This document shows positions 18,106 to 27,061 of a DNA stretch of 32,000 nucleotides, piece after piece (position 1 is the stretch's first letter; every line of letters starts with the position of its first letter). The stretch comes from Desulfobulbus propionicus DSM 2032 (GTDB lineage Bacteria > Desulfobacterota > Desulfobulbia > Desulfobulbales > Desulfobulbaceae), in the NCBI RefSeq assembly GCF_000186885.1, contig NC_014972.1:690001-722000 (forward strand), written 5' to 3'. The position numbers were made by a program, and so were the translations under genes. Under the pieces are notes generated by a model that worked only from the letters and a program-made list of their open reading frames with translations, was not told the origin of the DNA and made no database searches.

Positions 18106-18169
18106 CCAGGGGCGGCGCGACGGCATCGCCGTTGCCGTGAGCAGGGCAGGGTGCTTGCGGTTGGCTCGG

Positions 18170-18204
18170 ACCCTGGCTTCGGACATCCGGAGCCAGGGTT
18201 TTTT
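18170..18204 (+). terminator. Intrinsic terminator downstream of the enoyl-CoA hydratase gene
   Basis: ACCCTGGCTTCGG-ACAT-CCGGAGCCAGGGTTTTTT: about 13-bp stem with one G-U pair, tetraloop and T-tract. Confidence 0.9.
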
Positions 18205-18365
18205 GCGTCAACCCGCCGGGCGCATGGGATCGACGACCAACAGGAAAAAACGTGCGCGATCCTATTCAAGGATGGACTTTTTTGTTGGCATTGCAGTAAA
18301 CTTTCCTCCCAGGCCGATTTGCTTTTACACCAAGAGGTCTCTCGATCTTTTTCCGGAGCGTGGCG

Positions 18366-20753
18366 ATGTATTCTCGATATTCCGTGTTGATAGGACTGTG
18401 GGTGCTGTGCGCGGGTTTTGCCGGGAAAGAGGTGTGGGCCGCGTTTCAACTGGACGATACCTTTGGCCTCGACGGCCGGGTGGCGGTGGAGTTGGGCGTC
18501 AAGAACAGCGGCCATGCGGTCCTTGTCCAGCCGGACGGCAAGATCGTGGTGGCTGGTTCCACGTCGGGCGCCAAGGGAACAGCCATGAATTTCGCCCTGC
18601 TCCGGTTCAATCCCGACGGTTCCCTGGACCCGACCTTCAACGGCGAAGGTTCGGCGGTCACCTCCCTCGTCCCCGGCGACGACGAAGCCCTGGCCCTGGG
18701 GCTGCTGGCCGACGGCCGCATCGTGGCGGGGGGCTACAGCCACAACGGCACGGATCGCGATTTTGCCGTGGCCTGTTATCGCCGCGACGGTTCCCTGGAT
18801 CCGACCTTCGGCGTCGAGGGCGCGGTGCTGACCTCCATCGGCAACGGCAACGAGGAGATAACCGCCCTGGTGGTCGATCAGAACGACAACATCACCGTTG
18901 TCGGCTCCTCCGAAGGCACGGTCGGCCGGATTCTGGTGGCCGCCCGCTATACCTCGGCGGGCGTGTTGGACAGTTCCTTCGGCGAGCAGGGAGTGAGCCT
19001 GATCGGGGTCGGAGAGGATGCCAACGCCGAGGGCCTTGTCGAACGCCGGGATGGATCCCTGGTCATCTCGGGGTCGTATGTGGACAAACAGGGGAGCGCC
19101 GCCATGCTGGTCGGTCTGCGCGCCAACGGCCTGCTGGAGACGACCTTTGGCAGCAAGGGGATCGCCACGGTTTCTCCGGCCTTTGCCGCCAGCGAAGGAT
19201 ACGGTATCAGCGAAGACGGCGACGGCCTGCTCTATCTGGCCGGCGCGGTCGGCAATCCGGGCCGGCGTGACGCGGCCCTCTTCCGCTTCACGCCCGATGG
19301 CCAGGCGGAGGGATCGTTCGGGCGGAACGGGGCGGTTGTCTCGGCCGTCACCGCCGAGGACGATGTCCTCTACGACGTGAGCGTGGGCCCGGCCGGAGTG
19401 GCAGCAAGCGGGTTCGCCGTCCATGCCGGGGCCCGTCAATTTTTGCTGATCTCCTATCTGGCCGACGGTTCGATCGCCGATGCCGCCGCCGGAGCCGGAC
19501 AAGCCGCCGGCGACCCGTCCCCGGCGGATGCCGCGCCGATTCAGGAGGTCCGGGTAAACGGCCAGAGCAAGGTGCAGATCAGGCGGCTCCAGGTATGGAA
19601 CAGCGAGGTTCGTATCCAGCCGTTGCAGATGTCGGATACGGCCGTTGCCCCGCCCACGGCCTGGCTGGCGCCCGCTGATTTTTCCGGCAGGGACCGGGGC
19701 GCCGAGGCGGGCCTGGCGCGAATCGGCAGGCATCTGGAGGGCTTTTTTCTCCCCTCTGCCTGGGCCGCCGATTCCGAAGCGACGCCGCGCGACAAAAATG
19801 CGACCGTGCTCGCGGCGCGGACAGTCACCACCGCCTTCAGCGAGGGCGAGTCACTCGGTTTTGCGCTCACCACGGACGCGGAGGGCGATGTGATCGTCGT
19901 GGGCACGGCCGAAGGCCGCGAGGCGAGTTCCATCGTGGCCGCACGGTTTGTCGCCGCCGACCTGATCGACCGGATCACCGATCAACCGGGCCATCGGAGC
20001 AGCCATATCACCACCTCGCTGACTGCCGACATCACCCGCACCACCGTGGCTACCGGAGGGGAAATCGGCGAATCGTTTGCCCACGAGGTGGTCCGCCGAG
20101 GGGTGGTGTTCAGCCGCAAGCAGGGGCCGGTCTACAAAAACGAAGCGAGCGCGGGGCCGACCTCCCTGGTTCCGGGCGGCATGCTGCGGCAACTCGAGGC
20201 ATTTTTCGCCGCCGACGCCGTGGCGGCCGAATCCGCCTTCCTTGGCGGCACCAAGTCGGTCGGCGAGCAGGGGGTCGAGGCCGGACGCACCGACAACGGT
20301 GCCGGAAAAGGTGCGTTCAGCGTGTTGCTCGAACATCTCCGGCCCGGCACGGTCTATTACATCCGGGCCTATGCTCTGACCGCCGGGGGCGCCGTGTACT
20401 ACGGCAACCAGATCAGTATCCGGACCGCGGATGCCTGTTTTATCGCCACCGCCTCCTTTGGCAGCCTGCTGCATCCCTGCGTGTCCATCCTGCGCGATTT
20501 TCGCGATGCCTGTCTGCTCGGCCACCCGGTCGGCACCTGGCTGGTCGATCTCTATTATACCTTTTCGCCGCCCCTGGCGGATGCTATTGCCGACAACGCG
20601 CCGTTGCGCCAGGTTGTCCGCTTGCTGCTGCTGCCGGTGATCGGTTTTTCCTGGCTGGCCTTGCAGATCGGACTGGCTGGAGCCTCCTGCGCGGCGGTCG
20701 CCTTGACGGCGATCGCGGCTTGGGCGATACCGTGGCCGCGTCGGCGCGGATAA
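18366..20753 (+). CDS. Secreted delta-60-repeat (beta-propeller-like) protein with CFI-box C-terminal segment
   Basis: Signal peptide-like N-terminus (YSVLIGLWVLCAGFAGKEVWAA); repeated VQPDGKIVVAG..F.L.R...DGSLDPTFG..G units; RPGTVYYIRAYALTAGG..YYGNQISIRT; C-terminal ACFIATASFGS..HP.V..LR.FRD..L plus hydrophobic end. Start could be GTG 18360. Confidence 0.8.
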   Translation: MYSRYSVLIGLWVLCAGFAGKEVWAAFQLDDTFGLDGRVAVELGVKNSGHAVLVQPDGKIVVAGSTSGAKGTAMNFALLRFNPDGSLDPTFNGEGSAVTSLVPGDDEALALGLLADGRIVAGGYSHNGTDRDFAVACYRRDGSLDPTFGVEGAVLTSIGNGNEEITALVVDQNDNITVVGSSEGTVGRILVAARYTSAGVLDSSFGEQGVSLIGVGEDANAEGLVERRDGSLVISGSYVDKQGSAAMLVGLRANGLLETTFGSKGIATVSPAFAASEGYGISEDGDGLLYLAGAVGNPGRRDAALFRFTPDGQAEGSFGRNGAVVSAVTAEDDVLYDVSVGPAGVAASGFAVHAGARQFLLISYLADGSIADAAAGAGQAAGDPSPADAAPIQEVRVNGQSKVQIRRLQVWNSEVRIQPLQMSDTAVAPPTAWLAPADFSGRDRGAEAGLARIGRHLEGFFLPSAWAADSEATPRDKNATVLAARTVTTAFSEGESLGFALTTDAEGDVIVVGTAEGREASSIVAARFVAADLIDRITDQPGHRSSHITTSLTADITRTTVATGGEIGESFAHEVVRRGVVFSRKQGPVYKNEASAGPTSLVPGGMLRQLEAFFAADAVAAESAFLGGTKSVGEQGVEAGRTDNGAGKGAFSVLLEHLRPGTVYYIRAYALTAGGAVYYGNQISIRTADACFIATASFGSLLHPCVSILRDFRDACLLGHPVGTWLVDLYYTFSPPLADAIADNAPLRQVVRLLLLPVIGFSWLALQIGLAGASCAAVALTAIAAWAIPWPRRRG

Positions 20754-20821
20754 GGCGGTCTGGGGGCGGAGGCAATCGGGAACCACAAGCCTATGATCTT
20801 CAACGTATTCGAGAGTGAACA

Positions 20822-21286
20822 ATGACTGCACGACGTACACGCATGGCCCATCTTCTCAGCACCTCCCACGGATTCACCCTGATCGAACTGATGGTAGTCA
20901 TGGTGATCCTGGGCATCCTGGCCGGACTCATTGTCCCGCGGATCATGGATCGGCCGGAGGAGGCGCGGCGCACCAAGGCCGGAGTCCAGATCCAGTCCAT
21001 CGAACAGGCCCTGAAACTGTACAAGATCGACAATGGGCAGTACCCCACCACGGAGCAGGGCCTGGTCGCCCTGGTCGAGCCGCCGACGGTCGGGGTGCTG
21101 GCCAAGCGGTGGCGGGCAGGGGGATATCTGGACAAGGGCAAGGTGCCCAAGGATCCGTGGGACAACGAGTTTGTGTATATCTCTCCGGGGTTGCACGGCG
21201 ATTTTGATCTGAGCTCCTACGGTCCGGATGGACAAGCCGGCGGCGAGGGCAAGGACGAGGACATCAACAACTGGGAATTGGAATAG
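20822..21286 (+). CDS. gspG: Type II secretion system major pseudopilin GspG
   Basis: HGFTLIELMVVMVILGILAGLIVPRIMDRPEEARRTKA..QIQSIEQALKLYKIDNGQYPTTEQGL..PWDNEFVY. Start may be ATG 20843. Confidence 0.97.
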   Translation: MTARRTRMAHLLSTSHGFTLIELMVVMVILGILAGLIVPRIMDRPEEARRTKAGVQIQSIEQALKLYKIDNGQYPTTEQGLVALVEPPTVGVLAKRWRAGGYLDKGKVPKDPWDNEFVYISPGLHGDFDLSSYGPDGQAGGEGKDEDINNWELE

Positions 21287-21312
21287 CTGTTGTCCGCCCC
21301 TTTGACCGTCCA

Positions 21313-21843
21313 GTGGGTCATCCGCCGAACAACCGAGGGTTTACCCTGCTCGAACTGATCGTGGTCATGGCCTTGATCGCCCTGACCGCCTCGTTTACCG
21401 TGCCGCGGCTGGCCGATCTGTTGTATGCCGATCAGCTGAAGGTGAACGTGCGCAAGCTGGTGGGTCTGATCCACCAGGCCTCGACACTGGCGCAACGCGA
21501 TCAGAAACCCCATCTGCTCAAGTATTTCGAAAATGAGCACCGTTTTGTGGTCGTCCCCGAGGCAAAAGCGGAGACGACGCTGGCCGGGGACGATACGACG
21601 GAGGCGGCGTTGCTCCTGGCCGAATCGGTGCGGGTCGGCGAGTTCTGGTTTTGGTATGGCGGGGCCCGCTCCGGAGAGGATCGGGTCATTCGTTTCAGCA
21701 AGGAAGGGTATGTCGAACCGACGATCCTCTATCTGCGCAAGGAAAACGGCCAGGAAATGTCGGTGGTGCTTTCCCCCTTTCTCGGCAAGGTCCGCGTTAT
21801 TGACGGCCATGTGGTTCCGGAGACCGACACCTTTTCCCGCTGA
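21313..21843 (+). CDS. gspH: Type II secretion system minor pseudopilin GspH
   Basis: NRGFTLLELIVVMALIALTASFTVPRL; position after gspG; earliest plausible start is GTG 21313. Confidence 0.8.
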   Translation: MGHPPNNRGFTLLELIVVMALIALTASFTVPRLADLLYADQLKVNVRKLVGLIHQASTLAQRDQKPHLLKYFENEHRFVVVPEAKAETTLAGDDTTEAALLLAESVRVGEFWFWYGGARSGEDRVIRFSKEGYVEPTILYLRKENGQEMSVVLSPFLGKVRVIDGHVVPETDTFSR

Positions 21844-22354
21844 CCGCCTGCCTGAGGGGGGCAAGGGGCGGAGCGGGGGCTTTACCCTGCTCGAGGTGAT
21901 GATCGCGGTGGCGGTGATCGCCATTGCCCTGGTGACCCTGATCGGTGCGCAATCGCAGAGCGTTTCCCTGGCGACCGGGGCGAAATTCGACACCCTGGCC
22001 TCGCTGTTGGCCCAGTGGAAAATGACCGACCTCATGCAGCAGGAGTATGACCAGCTGGCCGCCGGTCAAGGAACCTTCGGCGAGGACTATCCGCAGTTTT
22101 TCTGGAAAGTGACGGTGTCCGACCTCTCGGAGAGCGACACCGGGATCAAGGGAGCTGGCGACCTGCTGAAAATGCTGGAACTGACGGTCGGCGTCGAGCA
22201 GGATTCCCGTCTGGTCTACACCGTGCGCAGCATGGTCATGAAACAGCCGGAGGCGGGCGTCCAAGGGGACGCGGGCAAGAAACCGGAAGGGGAGCGGAAA
22301 GCGGAAGGGCCACCAGGGGCGCAAAAACCTCCTGCTTTGGAGACCGCACAGTGA
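21809..22354 (+). CDS. gspI: Type II secretion system minor pseudopilin GspI
   Basis: GGFTLLEVMIAVAVIAIALVTLIGAQSQS; start uncertain (ATG 21809 overlaps the end of gspH; the next in-frame candidate, CTG 21848, is non-canonical). Confidence 0.8.
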   Translation: MWFRRPTPFPADRLPEGGKGRSGGFTLLEVMIAVAVIAIALVTLIGAQSQSVSLATGAKFDTLASLLAQWKMTDLMQQEYDQLAAGQGTFGEDYPQFFWKVTVSDLSESDTGIKGAGDLLKMLELTVGVEQDSRLVYTVRSMVMKQPEAGVQGDAGKKPEGERKAEGPPGAQKPPALETAQ

Positions 22355-23025
22355 GCGGACGCAACCATGGGTTCACCCTGCTGGAGGTGCTGCTGGCCAT
22401 GTCCGTGCTGGGCGTCGTGGTGGCCATGCTCTCGTTGTCCCTTTCCTCGTCGCTCCAGGTGGTCGAGGCCACCGAACGGGAAGAAGAAGTTTTCTTTCAG
22501 GCGCAAACGGCCCTGCGGCGCATCACCGCGGACCTCGGCAGCGCCGTTGCGGTCCAGGAAGGGATGTTCGTCGGCGAAAACAAGGAGATCGACGGACGCC
22601 GGGCCGATCAACTGACCTTTTCTTCCCAGGCGCACCTTGTATTCAACCCGGAAAAACAGCAGCCAGGGGTGGCGATCATCGCCTACCGCCTGCAACCGGA
22701 CGCCGACGATGGCCGCAACCTGCAACTGTTGCGCTCGGATGTGCTTCTTGCGCCCGGTTCGGCCAAGGACGGAGACGAACGTGCGGAACCTGTTTTTCTC
22801 CTCGCCGATAACCTGCGGTCGGTGCAGTTTACCTTTTTTGATCGCCAGGGTCAGGAATTTGACAGCTGGCAGCGGGAAACCGAGGCCAACGATCTGGACA
22901 CAACCATGGAGCTGCCCGCTGCCGTCCATTGCATTCTGGAATTTTGGCTCGACCGGGACAAGGAAACCGTGCAGACCTTCAGCACCAGGATCCTGCTTCC
23001 TGCGGAGGTGCCACGTGCGGACTGA
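22351..23025 (+). CDS. gspJ: Type II secretion system minor pseudopilin GspJ
   Basis: MSGRNHGFTLLEVLLAMSVLGVVVAMLSLSL; GTGA overlap with the gspI stop. Confidence 0.85.
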   Translation: MSGRNHGFTLLEVLLAMSVLGVVVAMLSLSLSSSLQVVEATEREEEVFFQAQTALRRITADLGSAVAVQEGMFVGENKEIDGRRADQLTFSSQAHLVFNPEKQQPGVAIIAYRLQPDADDGRNLQLLRSDVLLAPGSAKDGDERAEPVFLLADNLRSVQFTFFDRQGQEFDSWQRETEANDLDTTMELPAAVHCILEFWLDRDKETVQTFSTRILLPAEVPRAD

Positions 23026-23998
23026 TCCGATCGTGGCCAATCAGTCGGGCATGGCCCTGGTCCTGACCCTGCTCATCGTCAGCTTTCTGGTGGCCATGAC
23101 CGTGCAGCTGATGATCACCGTTGACCGGCAGCTGACCGCGTCGAGTTCCCAACGCGAGCAGGTGCGGCTGGACGCCATGGTCTTGGGCGGACTGAACCTG
23201 GCCAGGGCCGCCTTGCTTGCCGATCAGCAGGACAACACCTTTGATTCGCCGCACGATGCGTGGGCGGCCTTTGACCCGGATCGGCTGAAAAGCCTCACCG
23301 ACGACATGCAACTCGTCATCACCGTGAGCGATCTCTCCGGCCGGCTGCAGGTGAATGTCCTGGCTGACACCACCAACGAGGCCTATCGCGCGGTGTGGCT
23401 CCGCTTTCTTCTTTCCGGCAGGTTCGCCGTCAAGGAAAGGGATGAGGCCGAGGCGCTGCTCGACGCCATCGGCGACTGGATCGACGAGGACGACGATGAG
23501 CGGCCCAAGGGGGCCGAGTCTGCCTATTATCAGGGCCTGGCAACCCCCTTGGCCTGCCGCAACGGTCCCATAAGCACCCCGGAGGAACTGCTGCTGGTCA
23601 AGGGCATGACTCCGGTCATCCTCTACGGCGACGCCGAGCATGAGGGGCTCCTGCCCTATGTCACGGTGCTGGGCGGGGACGGCAAGATCAACCTGAACGC
23701 TGCTCCGCTGCCGGTGCTTCAGGCCCTGTCCTCGGAGATGACCCGGGAACTGGCACAGGAATTGATTGATTATCGGGAGAATCGAAAAAACGAGGAAACG
23801 CTGGCAACCGCCGACTGGTACCGGCAGGTGGGGGGATTTCCCGCCTCGATCGACTTGGGCGGCGAGCTGCTGACGGTTGTCGGCAGGTATTTTTCGATCA
23901 CGGTCCGTGCCAGCCTGCACCAGTACAGCCGAACCGGGACCGGTGTCCTGCTCCGTTCCGATCAGGGACAGCGGCTTCTGCTGTGGAAGGTGGAATAA
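23015..23998 (+). CDS. gspK: Type II secretion system minor pseudopilin GspK
   Basis: QSGMALVLTLLIVSFLVAMTVQL, DLSGRLQVNVL, LLDAIGDWIDEDDD, ISTPEELLLVKGM, KINLNAAPLPVLQAL. Confidence 0.93.
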   Translation: MRTDPIVANQSGMALVLTLLIVSFLVAMTVQLMITVDRQLTASSSQREQVRLDAMVLGGLNLARAALLADQQDNTFDSPHDAWAAFDPDRLKSLTDDMQLVITVSDLSGRLQVNVLADTTNEAYRAVWLRFLLSGRFAVKERDEAEALLDAIGDWIDEDDDERPKGAESAYYQGLATPLACRNGPISTPEELLLVKGMTPVILYGDAEHEGLLPYVTVLGGDGKINLNAAPLPVLQALSSEMTRELAQELIDYRENRKNEETLATADWYRQVGGFPASIDLGGELLTVVGRYFSITVRASLHQYSRTGTGVLLRSDQGQRLLLWKVE

Positions 23999-24049
23999 AT
24001 GTCGGCACCCGGGCGCTTGCGGTCACCGGCGGCGGGATGATGGGTGGAG

Positions 24050-25564
24050 ATGAGGTTCATGGGCTTGAAAATACTGGGGATTGATATAAGCGATTGTCAG
24101 GTGACCGGGGTGGTGCTGGACCAACAGCGCCGGGCTCCGATCCTGGTCAATGCCCTCAGTCTGCCGCTGTCCGAGGATGGCGCCATCGTTCCGGTCGTGC
24201 GCCAGCTGTGCGAGCAGCTGGAATGGCGGGAAGGGATCTGCGTGTGCGGCCTGCCGCTCTCCCTGTTCAGCGTCCGCAACCTGAGCCTGCCGTTCAGGGA
24301 TGTCAAAAAGATAACACAGGCGTTGCCCTTTGAGCTGGAAGAACAGCTGATTGCCCCGCTGGACACGCTTGTTTCCGACTTTTGCGTGAGCAAACGGAGC
24401 GAGGAGCGCAGCCTGATCGTCGCCTTTGCGATGGAAAAGGCCTCCCTTGGCACCTTTTTGGGCGAATTGAATGACCGCATCGATCCGGACAAGATCATGC
24501 CGGCGATGGTGCCCCTGGCCATGCAGGTGGCTGGCGCCTATCGTGAACACACAAATTTCCTTCTGATCCACGCCGACATGCATTCCAGCACCATGACCCT
24601 GGTCGTGGACAGCGCGCCGGTTTTTTACCGGAGGCTCGCCTACCCGGAGGCGATGATTCTCCATCCGCCCTTTTCGTTTGCCCACGGCGAGGTGGCGGTG
24701 AGCGACATGGCCGCGGCCGAAGAGTGCATTCGGCTGTTCAGCCGGTCGATCGAACGCAGTTTGGATTATTTCCGGATGGAGAGCGGCATCAAGGATGCCC
24801 CGGAACGGGTGGTGCTGACCGGACCGCTGGCCGGCATGCCGGTGATGGCCGACATGCTCACCGCATGCCTCCGTCTGCCGGTGGAAACCATCGACCTGCT
24901 GTCGCGGACGAATATCGTCCACAGCGAGGAGCAACGCAGTCAGTGGCAAGGGTGGCACGCCGATCGGGCCCTGTCCGTGGCTCTGCAAGGGAGCAAAAAG
25001 ACGGGGATCAATTTCCGCAAGGACGCCTTGGCGAAAAAGGGCGGCGTACGGTCGAGGAACAAACAGCTGGTCATGGCGGCGGCCGCCGCCGCTGTCCTGG
25101 TGGCGGCAATCCTGGTCGCGGCGGGATACGATTATCAGCGACTCAAACAGCGGGACCAGGTGTTGGCCGATGAAATGACCGCCATCTTCAAAAGCACGTT
25201 TCCCGAGGTGACCAAAATCCGCAACCCCTACGTCGAAATGCAGGCGCGGATGAAATCCTTGACGGGCTCGGGCGCCCCTGCCCCGACAGTGGTCACTGAA
25301 CAGCGGGCCCTTGAACTGCTGGCCGATATTTCCCGCCGCATCCCGGAGACGCTTGTCGTGCGGGTCAACCGCCTTTCCCTTGACCGGCAATCGGTAGCGA
25401 TCAAGGGGGTCACCGATACCTTTAATTCGGTTGAAACCATCAAGAGCACGCTGTCCGCGTCCCCCCGCTACAAAGCGGTGCAAATCGTCTCGGCCACCGC
25501 GGACAAGGACAAAAAGGACGGCGCGATCCGTTTTGAAGTCCAGATGGAGCTCCAAGGGATATGA
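24050..25564 (+). CDS. gspL: Type II secretion system protein GspL / PilM-like actin fold with PilN-like C-terminus
   Basis: LKILGIDISDCQVTGVVLD actin-like start, a transmembrane segment (AAAAAAVLVAAILVAAGYDY), operon position. Start could be ATG 24059. Confidence 0.8.
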   Translation: MRFMGLKILGIDISDCQVTGVVLDQQRRAPILVNALSLPLSEDGAIVPVVRQLCEQLEWREGICVCGLPLSLFSVRNLSLPFRDVKKITQALPFELEEQLIAPLDTLVSDFCVSKRSEERSLIVAFAMEKASLGTFLGELNDRIDPDKIMPAMVPLAMQVAGAYREHTNFLLIHADMHSSTMTLVVDSAPVFYRRLAYPEAMILHPPFSFAHGEVAVSDMAAAEECIRLFSRSIERSLDYFRMESGIKDAPERVVLTGPLAGMPVMADMLTACLRLPVETIDLLSRTNIVHSEEQRSQWQGWHADRALSVALQGSKKTGINFRKDALAKKGGVRSRNKQLVMAAAAAAVLVAAILVAAGYDYQRLKQRDQVLADEMTAIFKSTFPEVTKIRNPYVEMQARMKSLTGSGAPAPTVVTEQRALELLADISRRIPETLVVRVNRLSLDRQSVAIKGVTDTFNSVETIKSTLSASPRYKAVQIVSATADKDKKDGAIRFEVQMELQGI

Positions 25565-26106
25565 TGCGGCTGAACAAGCGGGAGAGGATTGCGGTCATCG
25601 TCGGCGGGGCGGCGCTGCTCGTTTTTGTCGTGGTCCAGTTTTTGGTATTTCCGCTGATCGACAACCGGGCGCGGCTGACCAAGCGGTTGGCCGCGCGGGA
25701 AAAGGCCGTGGTGGAGATGCGCAGCCTGCGGGAGCAGTATCAGCAGCTCAATCGGCACTCGGGCTCGGTGGACGAACTGCTGGCCCAGCGGGAAGAGGGG
25801 TTCAGCCTGTTTTCCTTTCTCGAAAACAATGCCGATGCGTGCGAGGTCAAGGAGCACATCGCCTATATGAAACCGTCGGAAACCCAAGGGAGCGCTTCCT
25901 TCAGGGTGAGCATGGTCGAGATGAAGCTGCAGGCCGTGCCCTTGAAAAAGCTCTTGGCCTTTCTTGAGAAGTCCGAATCACCGCAGCACCTGGTGGGCGT
26001 GGACAAATTGACCATCCAGGAAAATGCCCAGGAAAAAACAATGCTCGACGCGACCCTGTCTATGGTCAGTGTCGATCAGGCGGCCGAGGCGGCCGCCACC
26101 CCGTAG
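25564..26106 (+). CDS. gspM: Type II secretion system protein GspM
   Basis: Single N-terminal TM (IAVIVGGAALLVFVVVQFLVFPLID), coiled coil, ATGA overlap with gspL and operon position. Confidence 0.75.
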   Translation: MRLNKRERIAVIVGGAALLVFVVVQFLVFPLIDNRARLTKRLAAREKAVVEMRSLREQYQQLNRHSGSVDELLAQREEGFSLFSFLENNADACEVKEHIAYMKPSETQGSASFRVSMVEMKLQAVPLKKLLAFLEKSESPQHLVGVDKLTIQENAQEKTMLDATLSMVSVDQAAEAAATP

Positions 26107-26121
26107 GAGCCGGGGCGTTTG

Positions 26122-27057
26122 ATGGCCAGATGCACGCAAGGTTGGTTGCTGCGCGGTTTCGGGTATCTGCTCTACGTGCTGCTGGCCGCGGCGTTGCTGC
26201 TGTGGCTGCTCTTCCCCCGGGAAGCCATCCAGCGGCTGTTGGCGGGATACCTGAACAGCTCTTCTCCCACCCTCCAGTGGCGGGTGGGGTCCGTGACCCT
26301 GCACGCGCCCCTGCGTCTGACGATGGAGGCGATCGAGGGATACGGCAAGGAAGGGGAGAGGACGCCCCTGATCCGCGTCGATTCACTGGTCCTGTGGCCG
26401 GAGTGGATGGCTTCGCTCACAGCGCGAGCGCCACGGCTCGGGTACGGAATGCGGATCGGCAAGGGCAGGGTGGACGGTTCCATCCGCGCGGATGGCGGTC
26501 TGGAGCAGCTTGTCTTGCAAGGAACGGTCCGCGAGCTGCAATTGGCCGATTGGCCGTTGCTGGCGCTCCGGCTGGGTCGGGACGTGAAGGGGATGCTGGG
26601 GGCATCGTTTACCGGCACGGTTGCTGCGAACACAGGGCAAATCGGCCAAGTGGAGGCGCGGGTGCGGATCGAAAACGGGCAGATGGCATTGAAACGACCG
26701 ATTCTCTCCCATGGGGTGCTGCCCTTCTCGGCTCTGTCCATGACCGTGCGCGGCGACGGGGCTCGGGTGCATGTCCAGGAGGGAACGGCGGAGTCGGGAT
26801 TGTTTCGATGCCGCTTTTCGGGGACGCTCGAGCTGAACGAGGACCTCGCCGCCGCCCAGCTGGCCATCCGGGGCAGCTTGCAGCCGGAGGCCGGGTTTTT
26901 TAAAGGGGTGAAGAGCGGCATTGCGCTCCAGGCCTTTCGCGCCAAGCTCCAGGACGCCCCCCTGCCGTTTCGGCTTTCCGGCGAGCTGGCCGATCCGGGT
27001 ATCCATTTCGAGGAGTTTTCCCTGCTGGTTCAAACCCTGGAAAAGGAGTTGCGATAA
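26122..27057 (+). CDS. gspN: Type II secretion system protein GspN
   Basis: N-terminal TM, LLLWLLFPREAIQRLLAGYLN, beta-rich AsmA/GspN-like body, operon position. Start could be TTG 26119. Confidence 0.72.
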   Translation: MARCTQGWLLRGFGYLLYVLLAAALLLWLLFPREAIQRLLAGYLNSSSPTLQWRVGSVTLHAPLRLTMEAIEGYGKEGERTPLIRVDSLVLWPEWMASLTARAPRLGYGMRIGKGRVDGSIRADGGLEQLVLQGTVRELQLADWPLLALRLGRDVKGMLGASFTGTVAANTGQIGQVEARVRIENGQMALKRPILSHGVLPFSALSMTVRGDGARVHVQEGTAESGLFRCRFSGTLELNEDLAAAQLAIRGSLQPEAGFFKGVKSGIALQAFRAKLQDAPLPFRLSGELADPGIHFEEFSLLVQTLEKELR

Positions 27058-27061
27058 CGCC

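Noticed and set aside
18093-19733. 546-aa minus-strand ORF antisense to the delta-60-repeat protein
   Set aside because: Apparent repeats simply mirror the delta-60 repeats of the real gene.
24023-25555. 510-aa minus-strand ORF antisense to gspL
   Set aside because: Shadow ORF with His/Gln/Arg-rich composition and no motif.
26102-26116. GTAGGAGCCGGGGCG resembling the foot of a REP unit upstream of gspN
   Set aside because: Lacks the second palindromic arm (GCCCGC); better explained as the gspM stop plus the ribosome-binding site of gspN.
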